Source of the DNA: the human T2T-CHM13v2.0 reference genome, Homo sapiens
Length of the DNA: 64,000 bases
Reading direction: 5' to 3' (one strand)
Assembly (NCBI RefSeq): GCF_009914755.1
Contig: NC_060925.1
How positions within the stretch are numbered: the first letter of the stretch is position 1; every line of letters starts with the position of its first letter. The position numbers and the translations under genes are program-made. Of the stretch, positions 13,078-28,832 are shown in pieces. The notes below the pieces were generated by a model that saw nothing but the letters and a program-made list of their open reading frames with translations, was not told where the DNA came from and made no database searches.

Positions 13078-15333
13078 TGATATGGTTTGGCTGTGTCCCC
13101 ACGCAAATCTCAACTTGAATTGTATGTTGCAGAATTCCCACATGTTGTGGGAGGGACCCGGGGGAGGTAATTGAATCATGGGGGCCAGTCTTTCCCATGC
13201 TATTCTTGTGATAGTGAATAAGTCTCACGAGATCTGATGGGTTTCTCAGGGGCTTCCACTTTTGCTTCTTCCTCATTTTTCTCTTGCCACTGCCATATAA
13301 GAAGTACCTTTCACTTCCCACCATGTTTAAGACACCTCCCCAGCCATGTGGAGTGTAAGACCAATTAAACCTCTTTTTGTCTCAGTTTTTAATATGTCTT
13401 TATCAGTAGTGTGGAAACACACTATAACAGTAAACTGGTACCAGTATAGTGAGGTGATGCAAAAAGATACCCAAAAATGTGGAAACAACTTTGGAACTGG
13501 GTAATAGGCAGAGGTTGGAACAGTTTGGAGGGCTCAGAAGACAGGAAAATGTGGGAAAGTTTGGAACGTCCTAGAGACTTGTTGAATGGCTTTGACAAAA
13601 ATCTTGTTAGTGATATAAACAATAAGGCTGGGGTGGTCTCACATGGAGATGAGTAACTTGTTGGGAACTGGAGCAAAGGTGACTCTTGTCATTTTTTTAG
13701 CAAAGAGACTGGTGGCATTTTGCCTCTGCCCTAGAGATTTGTGGAACTTTGAAGTGGAGGGAGATGGTTTAGGGCAGCTGGCCGAATAAATTCCTAAGGA
13801 GCAAAGCATTCAAAACTGACTTGGGTGCTGTTAAAAGCATTTCATTTTAAAAGGGAAACAGAGCATAAAAGTTCATAAAATTTGCAGCCTGAAAATGCAG
13901 CAGAAAAGGAAAACCAATTTTTTTGTGGAGAAATTCAAGCTTGCTGCAGAAATTTGCATAAGTAGCAAGCAGCCAGCTATTAATCCCCAAGACCATGGGG
14001 AAAATGTCTCCAGGCCATGTTAGAGACCTTCATGGCAGCCCCTCCTCTCATAGGCCTGGAGGCCCAGGAGGAAAAAGTGGTTTTGTAGGCCAGTCCCAGG
14101 GTCCCCATGCTGTATGCAGCCTAGGACTTGGTGCCTTCTGTTCCAGCCATTCCAGCTGTGGCTGAAAGGGGCCAACATTGAGCTTGGGCTGTGGCTTCAG
14201 AGGGTGGAAGCCCCAAGCCTTGGCAGCTTCCACATGGTGTTGAAACTGTAGGTATAGAGACGTCAAAAATTGAGGTTTGGGAACCACCAACTAGACTTCA
14301 GAAAATGTATGGAAATGCCAGGATGCCCAGGCAAAAGTTTGCTGAAGGGGTGGGGCCCTCATGGAGGACCACTGCTAGGCCAGTGTGGAAGGGAAATGTG
14401 GGGTTTGAGCCCCCACACAAAGTCCCTACTGTGGTACTGCTTAGTGGAACTGTGAAAGAGGGCCACTGTCCTCCAGACCCCAGAATGGTAAATCCACTGG
14501 CAGTTTGCACCATGCACCTGGAAAAGCTGCAAACACTAAACAGCAGCCCATGAAAGCAGCCAAGAGGGAAGCTGTACCCTGCAAAGCCACAGGGGCAGAG
14601 CTGCCCAAGACCAGGGGAACCCAACTTTTGCATCAGTGTGATCTGGACATGAGATCATTCTGGATCTTTACAATTTGACTGCACTGCTGAATTTTGGGCT
14701 TGTATGGGCCCTGCAACCCCTTTGTTTTGGTCAATTTCTCCTATTTGGAATGGGTGTATTTACCCAATACCTGTACTCCCATTGTATCTAGGAAGTAAAT
14801 AGCTTGTTTTTGATTTTACAGGCTCATAGATGGAAGGGACTTGCCTTGTCTCAGATGAGACTTTAGACTGTGGACTTTTGGGTTAATACTGAAATGAGTT
14901 AAGACTTTAGGGGACTGTTGGGAAGGCATGATTTGTTTTGAAATGTGAGGACATGAGACTTGGAGGGGCCAGGGGTAGAATTATATGGTTTGGCTGTGTC
15001 CCCATCCAAATCTCAACTTGAATTGTATCTCCCAGAATTCCCACCTGTTGAGGGAGGGACCCAGAGGGAGGTAATTGAATCATGGGGGCTGGTCTTTCCC
15101 GTGCCATTATTGTGATAGTGAATAAGTCTCACAAGATCTGAAGGGTTTATTGGGGTTTCCGCTTTTGCTTCTTTCTCATTTTTCTCTTGCCACCACCATT
15201 TAAGAAGTGCATTTTACCTCCCACCATGAATCTGAGGCCTCTCCAGCCATGTGGAACTATAATCCAATTAAACTTCTTTTTGTTCCCAGTTTTGGATATA
15301 TCTTTATCAACAGTGTGAAAACGAATGAATACA
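13078..15333 (+). mobile_element. Complete THE1A MaLR provirus (5'LTR 13078-13429, internal 13430-14980, 3'LTR 14981-15333)
   Basis: Two LTRs, t(g/t)atatggtttggctgtgtcccc...aca, with THE1A-type ctcaacttgaattgtat. Polypurine tract at 14962-14980. 5-bp TSD cctcc (13073-77) / cctgc (15334-38) splits the L1 3'UTR sequence aacctgca. Confidence 0.93.
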
Positions 15334-17015
15334 CCTGCATATCCCGCACATGTACCCCAACACTAAAAAAAAAATTAAAAATAAAACACAAATGTGGTGA
15401 GTATTCATGTGTATGACTAGGTTAACTCATTCTGATAGTGTGAGGAATTAGTGAAAAACTGAATGAAATAAGAATGAGAGCCATGCGATATCTGAGAAAA
15501 AATGAAGATATATATATAAAGACATATATATAAAGATATATAAAACAGCTCAAGGTAAAACTGAATATATATTAGGAGAGCAGCAGAATAGCAGACCCGC
15601 ATCCCTGAGTGTGGCGTTTGTAATTAAATCTAATGTAAGAGGGAGGAGGTCTACTCCAGAAAGATGTTAAATTTTGGCTGAAAGATCTCTACTTTGACAA
15701 CAAAGATACATTTTGTGAACTTGACAAAAAGTTATCTCCTTGGGATTTTAAGTTAATTTTAACTTGCAGTCTGTTTTTTAATTCGTTAGTTAATTTATTT
15801 ATTATTTATGTATTTATTTATTTTCCTTAGTGAATCCTGTGTCCCTTTTGTTGATATGTGTGTATTTTCTTTAGCAAAGCTTGGACAATTAAGCCTGTGG
15901 TTGAAACACATTTTTATTAAATTCATCACTGGCTCTTAATTCATATATGTTTATCCAAAATTGAATTTCAAAATATTGAAAGTATTAGTGGGGATTTAAG
16001 TTTTATTACTCTTCATCAAACTGGATTTCACACTTGCCAGTTAAAAATTGTGTGCATATATCTAGCTGTATTTCAGATTCCTTAAGTTTTTCAAAACAAG
16101 TGGAAAGTTGAAAATGGCCAATGATGGGGCAATGAACATTATCTGCTACAAACAGTTCCTCATTTGCCACTCCACAATATTAAAAAAAGAAGGAGATACC
16201 TTTCTATTGTCCAGTGTTCAGGATTTGGTTGACTCATAAAACTTCGATACCTGGGCTCTCAGGTTGTGCTGCATACTTGTAGTCAAAGTCTGCAGAGATG
16301 GGTGTCTTCTCTAGCTATCTATGAAACTTTGCTTAAATTTTACCATCTATAGCAGATTTTACTTCTTATAATTTTTACACTTGTTACTGTCTTTTCATTT
16401 AGGGCTAAATTTTCTGCACTAATTTTCTTTTTTAAAAATTTAATTTAAAAAATGGACATTAGGGTAAAGAGCAGACATACAGCTTTAATGTTTTGTCTTT
16501 ATATGGATATTTTTCTTCAGTTCATACCATACTATGAAAATATTGGTATTATAATGTCTGAATTTTGTATTCCAACACAATTAGCTTTGGCTCAATTCAT
16601 ATATTATATGCTAATATTTTTTCACTGTTGACATTGGCTAATCATTAATCAACACACGAAACTGTATAATGGTCAAATATGGATAAGTGAGGAGAACACT
16701 TCAATTAGTGTCATTTTCTTGAACATGTCAAAAGTGAATTTCCTTTTACTGCCAAAAGAACATCATGCCACTTATCTTTACTCAGACATTTATTCAGACT
16801 GTTTATCTACCGTATTTGTTGCTACAATGATTCATTCTCAATATAAAATGACCATTACAAAAGGGAAGAAAATTTTACTTTGGGCATTTGTTTTGACACT
16901 GTTCCAGAGAGAATGAGCCCATATAGTCAGCTGCAAAGACTTCATAGAATTTGACTTATATTTCTCAATATAAGAATATAAGAACATTTATCTTATTTCT
17001 GCCTTTGAATCTGCC

Positions 17016-17377
17016 TGATATGGTTTGGCTGTGCCCCCACCCAAATCTCATCTTGAATTGTAACTCCCATAATTCCCATGTGTTGTGGGAGGGACCTGGT
17101 GGGAGGTAATTGAATTATGGGGGTGGTTTCCCCCATACTGTTCTCATGGTAGTGAATAAGTCTCATGAGATCTGATGTTTTTATAAGGAGTTTCCCCTTC
17201 TGCTCAGGTCGCATTCTCTCTTGACTGCCACCATGTAAGATGTGCGTTTCACCTTCCACCATGATTGTGAGGCCTCCCCAGACACGTAGAACTGTAAGTC
17301 CATTAAACCTCTTTTTCATTATACATTACCCAGTCTCAGGTATGTCTTTGTTATCAGTGTGAAAATGAACGAATACT
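17016..17377 (+). mobile_element. THE1B-like solo LTR
   Basis: tgatatggtttggctgtg...gaatact, with perfect 5-bp TSD ctgcc at 17011-15 and 17378-82. Confidence 0.92.
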
Positions 17378-19234
17378 CTGCCTAAATAAAATATTAATTA
17401 TTTGAATGTAGCATTTTTTTCTCTTCTACCTTACTCAATACTATTATCTTTTGCTTTAGATAGATGTAAACACTAATGAGAGAGAAAATTAAAATTAACT
17501 TCCAGCACTCATATCTGAAATGATTGATCAATCTAGACTTAAGCTCTAATAATTCTAAGTAGGTACTCTAAGAACTTTCACGGATTTTAAAGTGTAAACA
17601 GTACGATTGTTGTCTTTACATAATTATTATCAACTTTATACTTCTCTAAACTTCTTTATTATCTTACTAAAGTTAATTAGGTAACAAATATAAATTTACA
17701 ATATTATATATCCTATTGTGCTGCCAATACAAATATAAACATGGCCTACTATCTGAGTTCACTGAGCTTTTCTTATAGTGAAAGAGACAAGATAAATAGG
17801 AAATGTCAATATAATTCCTTGTATGGAATAATAAATGTGTTCATGGCTTCTTCAGAATGTTTTCAGTATAGTGTTACTTATTATTGCATTTTTAAAGGAG
17901 CATTAAAATTTCAATGAATGTACAATAACCAATGTTTTAATTTAGTTTACAAAATTACGTCAAATACCAATTTTTTGATTCTCTTTTATTCTGCTTTAAA
18001 GATCCCCAAATTGATAATCAGAAGGCTGCTTTGAAATACTTATTCAAAAAATGTGCCTTAATTGTCATAGCTCACTTAGGCAGATGAGCCAAAGCATAAA
18101 TATTACAATTGCTACTTCTTTAAAGGAAAAGGACGAAACTCAAAGGTTTAAGACTAATTTATGCTACAGGCAGCACATCCTGAATATAAAGCAAAAGAAT
18201 GTTGCTGAACTCGCTGAACTGTTGTCAATCACTTGTCTCAGTCTTAGTTTTAATACTTGTATTCACAGAATTTCCTAAGGAATAAAAAAACTTTCTGTGT
18301 TCTATTTATAAGAGAAAGAAATAGCTTGTATTCCCCCAGGCTGACAATGATATTTTGAATTAAATATCCTTTTTATCGAAATTATCAAATTAAAATCATG
18401 TAAATGCTTCAATTTATTTTATATCGTTGTGTGACAATACATTTGAAAAATTTAAACCATTAATAAGAAATCTCTAATGTTATGTTTCAATAATATATAC
18501 AAATTTAGAATTATCATGTTTCTAGTTTTTAATAAGTTGGATTAACTTTCTCCTGCTTCTCATCACATGCATGGTTGGAGAAAAAAAAGGGAGGCTGCAA
18601 ATAAAAAATGATTCCGTAATTTCACCATTGTGAAGTAGCCATATTTTTATATATTGGCACATTTTCTTTGTTACTCTCTTTACGCTCTCTTTCCCTGCTT
18701 ACCCCCAGGCTGTCTCAGCTTCCCTTCAGTGTGTCCCCCTATCTTCTAAGAGGTCTATGGGGCACTGACTAATATGTGCTTATAAGCAGGATATTTGAGG
18801 CCTTGTGCTTTAATCTCCTATTCATGAGCTTGCTTTAATAGTTCTGTGATCATCATGCCACCAGAACCCAGATCTGCTCGATTACCACTCCCCACTACTG
18901 CCACTGCAGTCGTCGTTTTCCAGTTAATTCTGAAAACATGAGGAAAAGATTGCAACATCTCAAATTGATATTAAGAAATGTTTGAGAACAATTAAGGCAA
19001 ATAATATATGTGTGTTTCAATTGCCAGCAATTTAAAGGCCCTTTGTGGAGCCAACTCTTTGATGGCTGGCCACTCCAGTTTGGTCAGGAGAAACTAATGT
19101 TCTTGCCCCATTCCCCTCCCTGTCAGCAGTCCAGCCAGAACTTGAGCAACAGCTTGGGCCAAATTTATTTTAGTACTTTAGTACTTCAGTTTTAGTACTT
19201 TAATACTTAAGTTTTAATAGAAATGTAATCTTTT

Positions 19235-19325
19235 TAAAAATGCTTTATTTAGGTGTGATGACCTACAAAAAGCTTTAGATATTTAATGTATACAACTTGA
19301 TGTGTTTGGGAATAAGTATATATTT
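19235..19325 (-). mobile_element. Old L1MA 3'-tip fragment
   Basis: gctttattt..atatttaatgtatacaacttgatgtgtttgg resembles the L1MA9/10 terminus. Confidence 0.45.
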
Positions 19326-20187
19326 GTTTCTTGTAGTAAAAATTTCTTAAAACCCACAAGTTTATGATCTGTCCACATATGACCCCAGTAACCATTACAT
19401 CATAATCTGAACTTGTTAAAAAGTTAAATTATTCAGTTTTACATAAAAGTATGTATGAATAACATCATGTTGGGCTGTGAAAATCTGAATTGAATATTCT
19501 TTTAAACTATTTTCATTAAATATATGATTTAATTTTTTGTTGTTTTCCCTACCTTTGTCTTTATACACATTTATATGATCTTATGCGATTTGCACTTAAA
19601 AAATATATTTTAAAATGGTTATTTAACATTCATTTATGTTAAAATGATTGTTTAAATGGCAAAATATATGATGGATTATTTCTTAAGTCTTTTACCAGTC
19701 TCCAATACCTTTAATAATCTATAGTAATATTAAACTATAGGATTAAAATGGTGACATATTTTAATGGTTCCTATTAGCTCTTCAAAAATGTCTGTAAGAA
19801 AAAAATATACTTTCTTTAGCCATAATTGGCAGTGGCAAGTCAATTTTGAACAGTACCTTACCATGTTTACAAAATTTTGATAAATGCATAAGTAAAATGC
19901 TATGACATTTAATAGATTTTAGCATTAACAAATATAATTATATTTATGTATTGTTTGGACTATTACATGCCTATGCGTGAATAATATATTTACAAACTTT
20001 ATCTTTATCATAGGGTTATTTATATTTTAAATGATTTTAATAGATGATTAAATACAGGTACTAATATTTATAAAGACTATATTTTGCTATTTGATTTATT
20101 GGTTTTATGTAATTATTAATGTATACATATTACAATGTTTTTTTATCCAAGCTTATGGGGTTTTTTAGCTTTTGTTTTTAAAAAGAT

Positions 20188-20785
20188 TGTATTAGTTATC
20201 TATGCCTGCATAACAAGTCATCTCAAAATTTAATATCTTATTAACAGTAACATTTATTATCTAACATTTTCCATGTTTAAGGACACGGATGTCTTTTCCC
20301 AGGCCCTGTGACTCTGGATTTCATGAAGCGACAATTAAGGTGTCAGCCAGGACTGCAGTCATCTGAAAGCTCAACTGGGAGATTATCTTCCGAGATCATT
20401 CAAAGACTTAGCGGTTCCTCACATGTTGTTGGACACAGGACTCAGTTCCTCACAGGCTGGAGTCTTCTCCACAGGAGAGCTCATGAATTGTCATCTGTTG
20501 TCCACCAGAGGGGGCAAGTAAGAGAGCAAGCGAGGGTGAGAGGTAGCCAGTAATACGGAAGTCACAGGTCTTTGGTAACTAATGATATCCCATTAATTTG
20601 TTATATTCTGTTGCTTACAAGCAAGTTACAAAATATAGCACACACTCAAGGGATAGATAGATATAGATGTAGAAATATATATAAAAAAATTATAAGCTTG
20701 GAGATACACACACACATACACACTCACACATTATACTAGAAAACAAAAATCACTAGGAGCTATGTTAGAGTTAGAGGCTACCTCT
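20188..20785 (-). mobile_element. MaLR solo LTR, MLT1F-like
   Basis: tgtattagttatctat..cataacaa, aaggtgtcagccaggactgcagtcatctgaaagctcaactggg and cacactcaaggg. Confidence 0.7.
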
Positions 20786-21567
20786 TGTACCTTTCACAAT
20801 CTTATAAGAATTTTGTGCGTGTGTGTGTCTGTGTGTGTCTGTATGTGTGTATAACATTCTTTCTTAGACTTTTGGTTTTTCAATAGATTTTTAAATTTAA
20901 ATTGTTGTATGTTTTTGTTAAGACATTTTAGTATAAATATAAAATATATTTGGATGATGAAATCATAGTAGACATACCATACATATACTCAAATATAGCA
21001 AATAATTGAATAAAGTTTCCATAAACACTGTCAACAAAATAAACACTTTTCCTGTTAAATTGATTCATGTTTACTATGTATTTCTTTTTCTTCTTTTTTA
21101 ATGTTGCATATTCTAATTCTGGGGATTTGTTTTTAAATGTTAAAATGGAAAGTAGAATTATCTAACTCTGAGCAGAGGAATATTAAATTATGGGCTATGC
21201 TACACCGAAATCTTTCAGGGTTACTTTACCAACGCTCTGCAATAATACCTTATCATGGTTTTATAACTGTTAGGGATGAAGTTATTCAAATTAAATAAAA
21301 GCCTGGAAAGAAGAATTATGTTTTTCTAACTATGCATAAATGTAAAATATAACATTTAAAATAATTAAAATAAATAAGACTGATTATTAAAGGCAGTTAT
21401 AGACTTGTTATACATGTGATACTCTAAAGAAAATATGCTGCTATTCTGAACTTTTAAAATGTACTTGAGTGAAGTATATACATGTAAAATTAATTTTAAA
21501 TAAAGGTTCTTCTTAACCTTCTTTATATTGACACAGACAAACAATATCTACTCTTAATTACCCATAA

Positions 21568-22057
<490 letters not shown>

Positions 22058-25000
22058 TGAATAAACTCCAGGTGTATTATTTATGATGCTTATCTGTAAC
22101 ACTATAAAATTACTATGTCTATCTAGGGTGTTTAGTATATACATCTTTGAAAAAACATTAAACAAACAAAAACAAAAAATAGACTCATCACACTAGGCTA
22201 TTTACTGAGTTGACCTCTTAAAATATCCTTCTGTCCGTTTAAACCTTTCGGTATTTTGTAGAATCTCTGGATACTTTTTAACTAAACAAAATTTTCAAAA
22301 AATTTCAAATTTCTTAAATTTACATTTCAACCTTTCACTCTAAATTTATTCTGGCCTCTACTATGCCACAATAATTTAAACATGAAAAAATATTCTGGTG
22401 CCCTCCCTGCTTACAATTTATGAATAACATGTCAAACTACTCACTAGCTTGCATGACCACAGGATTTTCTATAATACTTATAATTCCTTATTTTTCCCAA
22501 GACATAGTAAGTGGCCTCTCCTCCATGTTCTTGTGGTTACTAATTTACCCCTTCATCTAATTAGCCACACATTCGTTTATTCATGAATTAATAGTGTGGT
22601 ATGCACTAGGGGTGCAATGTTGAGTGAAAGCAGAACTTACCATAATTAATTGAATAATTTATTCACACATAATGTTTACAACTCTTATTCTCAAAAAGTT
22701 TGTTTTAAACCCCGAAGAAAACTCATCTATCTACCACAATTGGCATAAAGCCTTGCATCTAAATTTTGAATAAAATAAACCTGAATTGTATAATCATGCA
22801 AGAGTCACTCCATATGATTCCATTTCAGATTATTATTTTATCTTTGTGACACTATCACAGAAAATATTTTCATGTCTGTCATTCCTGTTGATTCTCCTGT
22901 ATGAATAAATTATTTCTCTTTTATTCAGCACTGTATTTTTTGTATAATAGTTGTTGGGCTTAAAATTTAGTAATTTTTTACTAAAACTTTCTACACACCA
23001 AAATTTCTGTTTTAAGAGATACCCAGACAAGTTTCAGGTCACTGAATAATCAGTATCAATGTGCCAAGCAAATGACTAGATGCCTAAGCATATCAGTAAG
23101 TGACTACATATCCTGATCTACTTTTAGATTTCTTCTATTTGCAATTAGTTACCCATGACTGTTCATATCAACTTTAGCATTAGATAACATTAGTGAAAAA
23201 TTACATTTCAAATTTAGTAAATTTGTGCTAAATTACAACCCAAAACTCTTTGAATATGCTAAGATCTACAGGGTTGTAGTATATAAAAATGAAGTAAAAT
23301 ACTATAATTCTTTTAAATAATAGACAGATTGCTTTATGTTGTCCTAATTTACAAAAGTGAATAAGCAATGTTGTTATAAAGAATTAACAGAGCCTATGAT
23401 AATCAGACATTTAAAATAATATTTTAGTTCTAAAATTGAACCAAACTTTTGTGCTGATCATTTACTATAGTTGAGATTGCTAAATTTCTATGAAGACAAA
23501 TATAATTATTGAGGCTGTTTAAATTGTATTCTTTGTTTTTTAGCATAATGTTTCCCCCACTCTATTGAGCAATAAATCATATCATAAAGTAGATACAATC
23601 ATATGTTATGTATCATATAATATTATACTCTTTTGGCCAGTGTCAGTATAACCAGTTCAAGTCTTCAGGGCCAAAAGAAATAATCTCATCATTATAGGAG
23701 AGTTCATAAACCCAGTGTGAGGATATCAGGATCTCTATCACATTCATCATTTTAGCTTATTTTGGTCACATAAGTAGACTTCGTATACTTAGGAATCATC
23801 TATATTTAACTTTCAAAATAATACTTCAAATAAAATTGATGAATAGATGCATTACATAGTTAATTAAGATTTTCATACATAATCTTTGGAAATTGCTTCT
23901 GGTTTATTGGGATTACCAAATACATCCAAGAGAAATAAAAAGAAAAAATATATAGAGTTACTACCTTTGGCCAAGGATAAATACTTAGACATTCTGTTAT
24001 TTAGTAATAGTTTCACAGACTTAACATTTTGTTGAACTTCTAGGTTAAAATAGAATTTTTCATTTGAAAGCTAATGTTAAACTCTGTATATTTCATTCTA
24101 GGGAAAGCCAAAATACTTTCACCCCAAAGAAAAGGTGACATTTCCATTTTGTACAGTCTGCTAAAAATGCCATACGAGCTAGAGTTTTAATCCATGTCAG
24201 TGAGTTATGCACAGATTGACTTTAAATGTAGCATTTTATTGCTATAGAAAGAAAAAATAGCATTTCCTTCAAAATCAGATTAAATAGATATGTAATAGGA
24301 TTTCAGTTACAGAGTTGAATTTTTACACATATTTGTTGAGTATGCTTTATGAAACGTTCTTTCTACATTTACTGTCTGCTTAAAATATCAGCTATAAAGA
24401 CCCTGAAGGGCAGGTGCTGAAATTGCAGACTGAGATTTTATTCCATCTGTGAAAAAGGTTAGTACCACATTGCAATGCTTAACATAACCTTAAAAATCCA
24501 CAACTTCAACTCTGTTTCGAGGCCACCTTATCCTTTAAATATTATTATTGAAATGTATCCTAGCAAGTTAAATATATATGGGATATCATCTTATTTTCAT
24601 AGATGATTAATCACACACTGTATAGTTGCCATAATTTCATTAACTCAGAGTGGATTACATGTACATTTGTGCGTATGTGTACAGGCTAAAAATTCTCTCA
24701 GCAAAATGGTTTCCTATCAATTATATTTGTTCATAATGTATTTATCCTTAAATATCATTCCAGTCACTTGCAAACACTGAAATCAACATAAAAATGGGTA
24801 TAGAAAAATGTTATTTATTTCCCAGCTTAAATAAGCTTTACTTCATAAAAGCAGTAATCACAAAAGTGGTATTGAGCCAATGCCACAAATTTCAACTATA
24901 TATATTCTCATATTATATAACCCTTGCAGGTAATTAGGTATTTCAATGTTCATTTGATGTCTTCCATTTTGGAGGTTTCTCTTGTTAGTACAAAGGCAAG

Positions 25001-26659
25001 TTCATTAGAAATATTACAAAAGTTTTGCTTGCATTTTTCTCTGTATCACATGTAATTCCATTTCCATTAGGTTAAATTTTATTTTTGGTACTCATATCTT
25101 TTGTTTCAATATGTTCTGCTACAATGCTAAATAACATTTACTCATGATCCTATTTCTTCAGATTTGGAGCCCACCCTACTCTACCCATTTCTACACGTAA
25201 TTTTTCTTTTCTCAATCCTATTTCCTGTAATATTTTGTTGGATCTTCTCAGTCTTTCCTCTTGATGTTATATTTTCTTATTCAGCTGAACAAGAGAAAGT
25301 CCTCTCAATTTGATTCACTAGATATGCACACTTCATTAACTAAACACATCAATCCTTGAAGCGAGTTAAAAAATTTTAAAAACACATGTTTTTGTTTAAC
25401 ATTCTGTACATGCTGAATCACATTTATTGATTTGTATATGTTTGACCAACCTTGTTTTCCAGGAATTAATCCTACTTGATCATGGTGACTTAACTTTTTG
25501 ATGTGCTATATGCTACTGAATTTGGTTTGCTAATATTTTGTTGAGGATATGTGTGTCTATGTTCATCAGGGATATTGGTTTGTAGTTTTCTTTTTTATGT
25601 CTGATAGAATTCAGCAGTGAATCTCTCTGGTCCGGAGCTTTTTTTGGTTGATAATTTTTGTTTTGTTTTGTTTTGTTTTTCTGATTCAATTTTGGAACTC
25701 AGTCATGGTTCAGGGTTTCAGTATCTCCCTGATTCAATCTTAGGAGGCTGTGTGTTTCCAGGAATTTATCTATTTTCTCCAGATTTTCTAGTTTATTTGC
25801 ACAGAGGGATTTATAATAGTTTCTAAGGATCTTTTGTACTTCTGTGAAATTGGTTGTAATGTCACCTTTGTCATTTCTAATTGTGCTTGTGCTTTTTTGG
25901 ATACTCTTTATTTCCTTGCAGATATAGCCAGCAGTCTATCAATATTGTTTATCCTTTCAAATAACCAAATTTTGTTTTCATGGATTTCTTGTATGGATTC
26001 TTGGGTCTCAATTTCATTCTGTTCTCCTGTGATTTTAGTTATTTATTTTCTTCCACTGGCTTTGGGATTAGCTTGTTCTTGCTCTCCTAAATCCTCTAGG
26101 TGTGATGTCAGGTCATTAATTTGAGATCTAAAGTTTTGATGTAGATGTTTAGTGACATAAACTTTTCTATTAAAACTGATTTTGCTGCATTCCAGATTTT
26201 GGTATACAAACAGGTAAAAGCTGGAAGCATTCCTCTAAAAGACAGGAAAAAGACAAGGATGCTCACCCTTACCACTCCTATTCAAAATAGTGCTGGAAGC
26301 CCTAGCCAAAGCAATCAGACAAGATAAAAAATAAAAGCCACCAAATAAGAAAAGAAGAAATCGAATTACCTCTCTTTGCTGATAATACAATTCTATGTCT
26401 GGAAAACCCTAAATATCTTGCCAAAGGCCTCCTAGAACTGATACATGACTTCCGTAGTTTAGGATATAAAATCAATGTACAGAAATTAGTAGCATTTCTA
26501 TATATCAATAATGTTCAAGGTGAGAACCAAATCAAGTATGCAATCCCATTTTCAATAGCCACACACACACAAAAATACCTAGGAATACATCTAACCAAGA
26601 AGGTAAAAGATCACCTCAAGGAGACCTACAAAACACTGTTGAAATAAATCATAGATGGC

Positions 26660-27046
26660 TGAATTAGTTCGTTCTCACACTGCTATAAAGAAATACCTGA
26701 TATTGGGTAATTTATTTAAAAAAGAAATTTAATTGACTTGTAATTCCATAGGCTGTACAGGTAACATGGCTGGAGAGGCCTCAGGAAATTTTCAACATGG
26801 TGGAAGGTGAAGGGGAAGCAGGCACATCTTACATGGTCGGAGTAGGAAGAAAAGAGAGAGGAGGATGGTATTACACACTTTTAAACAACCAGATCTCATG
26901 AGAACTCACTATCAGGAGTACAGCAAGGGGGAACTCCTCCCCCTTGATCCTATCACCTCCCACCAAGCCCCTCCTCCAACATTGGGGATTACAATTCGAC
27001 ATGACCTTTGGGTAGGTCCACAAATCCAAACCATATCGCCATATCA
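26660..27046 (-). mobile_element. MSTA solo LTR inserted in L1 ORF2
   Basis: tgaattagt..ttctcacactgctataaagaaatacctga...ccatatca. Degenerate TSD atggc/gtgac from the L1 sequence atgac. Confidence 0.88.
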
Positions 27047-27071
27047 GTGACACAAAACAAACAGAAAAACA

Positions 27072-27347
27072 AGATGGGTGCAGTGGCTTAGGTCTGTAAT
27101 CATAGCACTTTGGGGGGGCCAAGACAGAGCATCACTTGAGTGCAGGAGTTTGAGACCAGCCTGGGCAACATAGCAAGATCCTCATCTCTAAAATAAATAT
27201 TTAAAAAGTAGCCAAGCATGATGACACATGCCTATAGTGCCAACTACCCAGGAGACTGAGATGGGAGGATCAACTGAGCCCAGGAGGTTGAGGTTGCAGT
27301 GAGACATGATCATGCAACTTCATTGCAGCCTGGGTGACAGAGTGAGA
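27072..27347 (+). mobile_element. AluJ
   Basis: Diverged dimer with J-type gggaggatc..gagcccaggaggttgagg. The tail has become a purine STR. Confidence 0.88.
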
Positions 27348-27414
27348 GAGGGAAGAAAGGAAGAAAGAAAGGAAGGAAGGGAGGGAGGGAGGGAGGGAGG
27401 GAGGAAGGAAAGAA

Positions 27415-27482
<68 letters not shown>

Positions 27483-27508
27483 AAAGGAAAGAAAAGAGGG
27501 AGGAAAAG
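27346..27508 (+). repeat. Compound (GGAA)/(GGGA)/(GAAA)n STR derived from the Alu tail
   Basis: About 17 perfect GAAA units at 27417-27484. Confidence 0.95.
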
Positions 27509-28436
27509 ATTCCATGCTCATAGAGTGTAACAATCAATATTGTTACAATGGCCATCTGCCCAAAGCTATCTAAAGATTCAACAATATTCCTATCAAATTA
27601 CCAATGTCTTTCTTCACAGAATTTAAAAAAATATTATAAAATTCATATGGCACCCAAATATAGGCTGAATAGCCAGAGTCATTCTAAGCAGAAAGAATAA
27701 AGCTGGAGGCATCACATTACCTGACTTCAAACTATGCTCTAAGGCTACATTTACCAAGATAGTGTGGTACTGGTATACAAACAGACACATAGACCAAAGG
27801 AACAGAATAGAGTACCCAGAAGTAAAGCTTCACACTGCAGTTATCTGATACTAAACAAAGTCAACAAAAATAAGCAATGGGGAAAAGACTCCCTATTAAA
27901 TAAATGGTGCAGTGATAGCTGGCTAGCCATATGCAGAAGAATGAGACTGGAACCCCCATCTTACAACACATATGTAAGTCTTCAAACTAGAAGAATTGAG
28001 AAGAAAACCTAGAAAATGTCATTTTGGACATAGGCCTTGGGAAAGAATTTATGATTAAGTCCTCAAAAGTAATTACAACAAAAACAAAAATTGGCATGTG
28101 GGATCTAAATACACTACAGATTTCCATACAGCAAAAGAAACTATCCAAAGAGTAAACAGACAACTTACAGAATTGGAGAAAATATTCACAAACTATGCAT
28201 CTGAGAAAGGTCTAATATTCAGAATCTTTGAGGTGTGTCAACAAATCAGCAAGCATAAACAAGTAACCCCATTAAAATGTGGACAAAAGACATGAACAGA
28301 CATTTCTCAAAAGATGACATACAAGCAGCCAACAAACATGAAAACATTCTCCACATCACAAATCATCAGAGAAATGCAAATCAAAACCAGAATGACATAC
28401 CATCTCATACCAGTCAGAATGGCTATTAAAAAGTCA

Positions 28437-28832
<396 letters not shown>

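Noticed and set aside
14048-14633. Overlapping ORFs up to 120 aa
   Set aside because: They lie in the THE1A internal region and are fragments of decayed MaLR sequence.
19167-19218. Short tandem tttagtact repeats
   Set aside because: Ordinary slippage-type micro-repeat with no further structure.
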